The translations under genes and the position numbers were made by a program. The notes under the pieces were generated by a model. That model did not search any database. It saw nothing but the letters and a program-made list of their open reading frames with translations, and was not told where the DNA came from. Below are positions 62,801 to 64,000 of a stretch of DNA of 64,000 nt, piece by piece. Position 1 is the stretch's first letter, and every line of letters starts with the position of its first letter. Source of the DNA: Ostreococcus lucimarinus (taxonomy: Eukaryota); NCBI GenBank assembly GCA_000092065.1, contig CP000582.1, one strand, 5' to 3'.

Positions 62801-63150
62801 TTCCCATCATTCGTGCGAGATTTAAGCGCACATCGCATCCGCGCGCCGTCGGTATCGACGCACAAAGTTTGTAATTCTAGACCCTGAGCAACTTGAAAAT
62901 TACCTCATCACCGTTTTCATTATTTTTGATAAAATTAACCTCAAAATTCAAAAATTTCGTCGGAACCTCGACGTCGCGATACTTAACGCGAGACAACGAA
63001 CAATGGCGCGTTGGAAAGCTCTAACGTTTTTACAAAATATATCCGCGAATCAGCGCGATCGGATTCCGCGTCGCGACGCTAGACGCGCGCAAACGCGAAA
63101 ATTAACGTTTTTCATATTTTTTTTCGAAATCACTTTGTACTGTACTCTTT
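59891..63150 (+). mobile_element. Putative pogo/Tigger-like DNA transposon (~3.26 kb) with imperfect ~30-bp terminal inverted repeats (TIRs)
   Basis: Left end ttgtactagg-gatttcgaaaa-taatgtatga (59891-59921). Right end, reverse-complemented, gtacagtacaaagt-gatttcgaaaa-aaaatatgaaaa (63110-63147). They share an 11-bp perfect core. The transposase ORF lies inside. There are GC-rich subterminal direct repeats (aacctcgacgtc at ~59937 and ~62957). TIR and target-site-duplication assignment is tentative. Confidence 0.4.
60129..62741 (+). CDS. pogo/Tigger-type DDE transposase (HTH CENP-B/Tc5 DNA-binding domains plus DDE_1 catalytic domain) with a long basic C-terminal extension
   Basis: 877-aa ORF in the track, which starts at TTG 60108; the first ATG is at 60129. 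SAWFYRFLNRHGI (HTH_Tnp_Tc5-like). MVICDGCYAHTVDEV...MVILPPHCTHILQGEDL matches the DDE_1 consensus LLLDNxSAH...LPPNTTSxLQPLD. An upstream Asp is in FTFDEAKVM. Confidence 0.75.
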   Translation: MTPPRARRSASPTVSTARKGCKKASQRSSASLGGAGSTTAPACDDEDGRAQVAKDAREVAVSLLANKRRREVSGQVMAKVTATTLFLDTVSFKTELIKQHAFLNRVRKLLKDKDVKRDARALVTEECASTSDQSENTVHVTADVARTRREERSRNPHPFYVEVVHALSRGDISATQAVHELQQVGVRVTKAFLKRVCTAQSFRDDIPHYSECEDGRGRPSALSNAYLDQLAKIVKHYIRVGISLSQETILSMAKNFYRDEHHADPSDKTFGSAWFYRFLNRHGIDTSLYNPQDALRLNAATEHNVSNYYQRVAQTAVSNGFATWNADFDANDRSSEMIIWNEEKKSRVFTFDEAKVMLAYEKGVRGVRMLVIKGEDNRRSAVTANDAFAASVMGCRNLAGESLAPYFVCTTQPNVEDGFEIPGTITDTTTGACQQAQWIRGTKKGSFDGFAFATWLKDHLAPCVPDLSPENPAMVICDGCYAHTVDEVLEICAAMGILMVILPPHCTHILQGEDLYHFGVFKGAFRVERAEIEAMKQLAAAWFIKLFENGVATSFGQREFWYAVKEAWKGAWTKQAVEKGFKMQGLVPFNRAPLWKNFPNHERKEPQRSTPDKESQVEAAERCVERMSIPGAPGLRVIAQSSDSTFDVTFDGSPESFARAPLNMMKLDEVYKSLVENPSNHSMNDEHLNVMKQLILEKQENITKNIVTTTRKQRSTRRHDRYDEATAPAMARLLAARQKREKTKKRTHDAAQDGCDARFKDNTDDIQFLAALHKRLDDNGSLEKSLTRAELMKVMRAKRIPLPQGPTADILRDKLKEVDERLYEANIECTRVANARWPKRARHASSVDDANVRCEVKYHPSGVRVQLITD

Positions 63151-64000
63151 TCGTACAGCTTAGATAACACCGTGCGTCTAAGGCTACACGTTCGAAGAAT
63201 CAGCCACACACAATTCTAAACTTCGTTTTAATCTCGACTTGGTCCTGCTTCGCACACCCTGTACTCCTCCACGAGATTCTCAACGGCTTCCTGACTATCA
63301 GCAAATTCTCCCAAGTCCTGATACCATTGTAACTCTCATCAACTAATCGAGGAAACGCGACTCACCGAAAATAAATCAAACTGTTCATACTGATCGAGGA
63401 ATGCCCGACGCCTTATTAGCTTATCGTACTGCTCCAAACTTCGTGAGAACCAGTGACGTATGCTGGTGTGAAAGGTGTCAGCAGGACGACGCAAAGAGCT
63501 GCATTATAGCTCACCTTGTGTGATTTGCGAGCATGAGTCCGTTCAGACTTGCCGTTTTCGCGATATACGGAGAACTCCTCGCTAAAGCAACTTGATAGTT
63601 GACAGGTGCCCAAGTGATAAAATTTGCCAGTTTCCGTTCTCGTATACGCTGTAAGCTTTTGTGTATCTGTTTTGATGTGAGTGTACAAGTGCGGAACACC
63701 TTGGAATATGAATACCTGCATGGGTTCAATATTTCCTTGAACGATGTTCAAAATGGATATGAATTTGCCCTAAAGTTGGCTTTAAGCAAAAGAAAGGCGG
63801 GAAGCACGGAAAGGGATGGACCTCTTTGACACCTGTGCCCGCATACGAGGAACACATCACATTTTTGCTTTGTAGGAGTCTTCGCATGACATCAAGGGTA
63901 GAAGTTTTGCGTGTACTGTACAATAAATACATGAGAACATATGAATATTGAAGTTGTGCCGCATGGACCTGCTTTCCGTTGCGGAAACACCAGCGAGAGG

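Noticed and set aside
1-64000. Prokaryotic origin for the window (trans-AT PKS, Glk-family kinase, track built with bacterial start codons)
   Set aside because: Several features argue against it. The Glk gene is split by GT-AG introns that restore a collinear protein. The tRNA lacks encoded CCA. There is a pogo-type eukaryotic transposon. A single >17,000-codon ORF fits eukaryotic protist megasynthases far better than bacterial operons.
62742-64000. Small minus-strand ORFs at 63416-63932
   Set aside because: There are no recognisable motifs. The region is AT-rich with direct repeats belonging to the transposon end, so it is left unannotated.

Overview
This window appears to be from a compact eukaryotic (protist or algal-like) genome, not a prokaryote.

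The evidence for a eukaryotic origin comes from four features. There is a spliced bacterial-family glucokinase gene with several ~46 nt GT-AG introns. There is a tRNA-Gly(UCC) that does not encode CCA. There is a pogo/Tigger-like DDE transposon. And about 52 kb of the window (positions 1 to ~52257) is a single minus-strand open frame encoding a giant modular type I polyketide synthase (PKS) that continues past the left edge of the window.

I translated the minus strand by hand at many points and it stayed open with canonical PKS motifs throughout. The supplied ORF track shows no minus-strand ORF there (ORFs over ~1000 aa seem to be dropped; it also uses alternative start codons, e.g. TTG at 60108). 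All the short + strand ORFs listed in 1-52000 are antisense noise.

PKS architecture as I read it, N to C (high to low coordinate):
- A loading acyltransferase (FNFAGQG ... GHSQG) followed by an ACP.
- At least 14 ketosynthase (KS)-containing modules.
- No integrated acyltransferase (AT) domains; the KS-to-DH linker is about 50 aa, i.e. trans-AT-like.
- Most modules are KS-DH-KR-ACP.
- One module adds an enoylreductase (ER).
- One region (27.7-30.3 kb) has an unidentified ~870-aa insert.
- The last KS at the window edge lacks the catalytic Cys and the HGTGT His, so it looks like a KS0.

Two blocks of the PKS are near-perfect tandem module duplications: a 3702-bp unit in about 2.3 copies at 3588-12262, and a 3609-bp unit in about 2.4 copies at 41650-50330. 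Both are ~99.9% identical between copies. There are also converted or mosaic KS tracts elsewhere in the gene.

Upstream of the PKS, 257 bp away on the same strand, is an intronless 914-aa fusion of a carotenoid cleavage dioxygenase (RPE65 family) with two C-terminal glutaredoxin/GST-N-like domains. The rest of the window holds a HAD-like hydrolase, the glucokinase, a GC-rich GTAC-repeat spacer, the tRNA-Gly, and the pogo-like element with its 877-aa transposase ORF.

All domain calls rest on motifs I read directly from the sequence. Coordinates of domains and introns are approximate.
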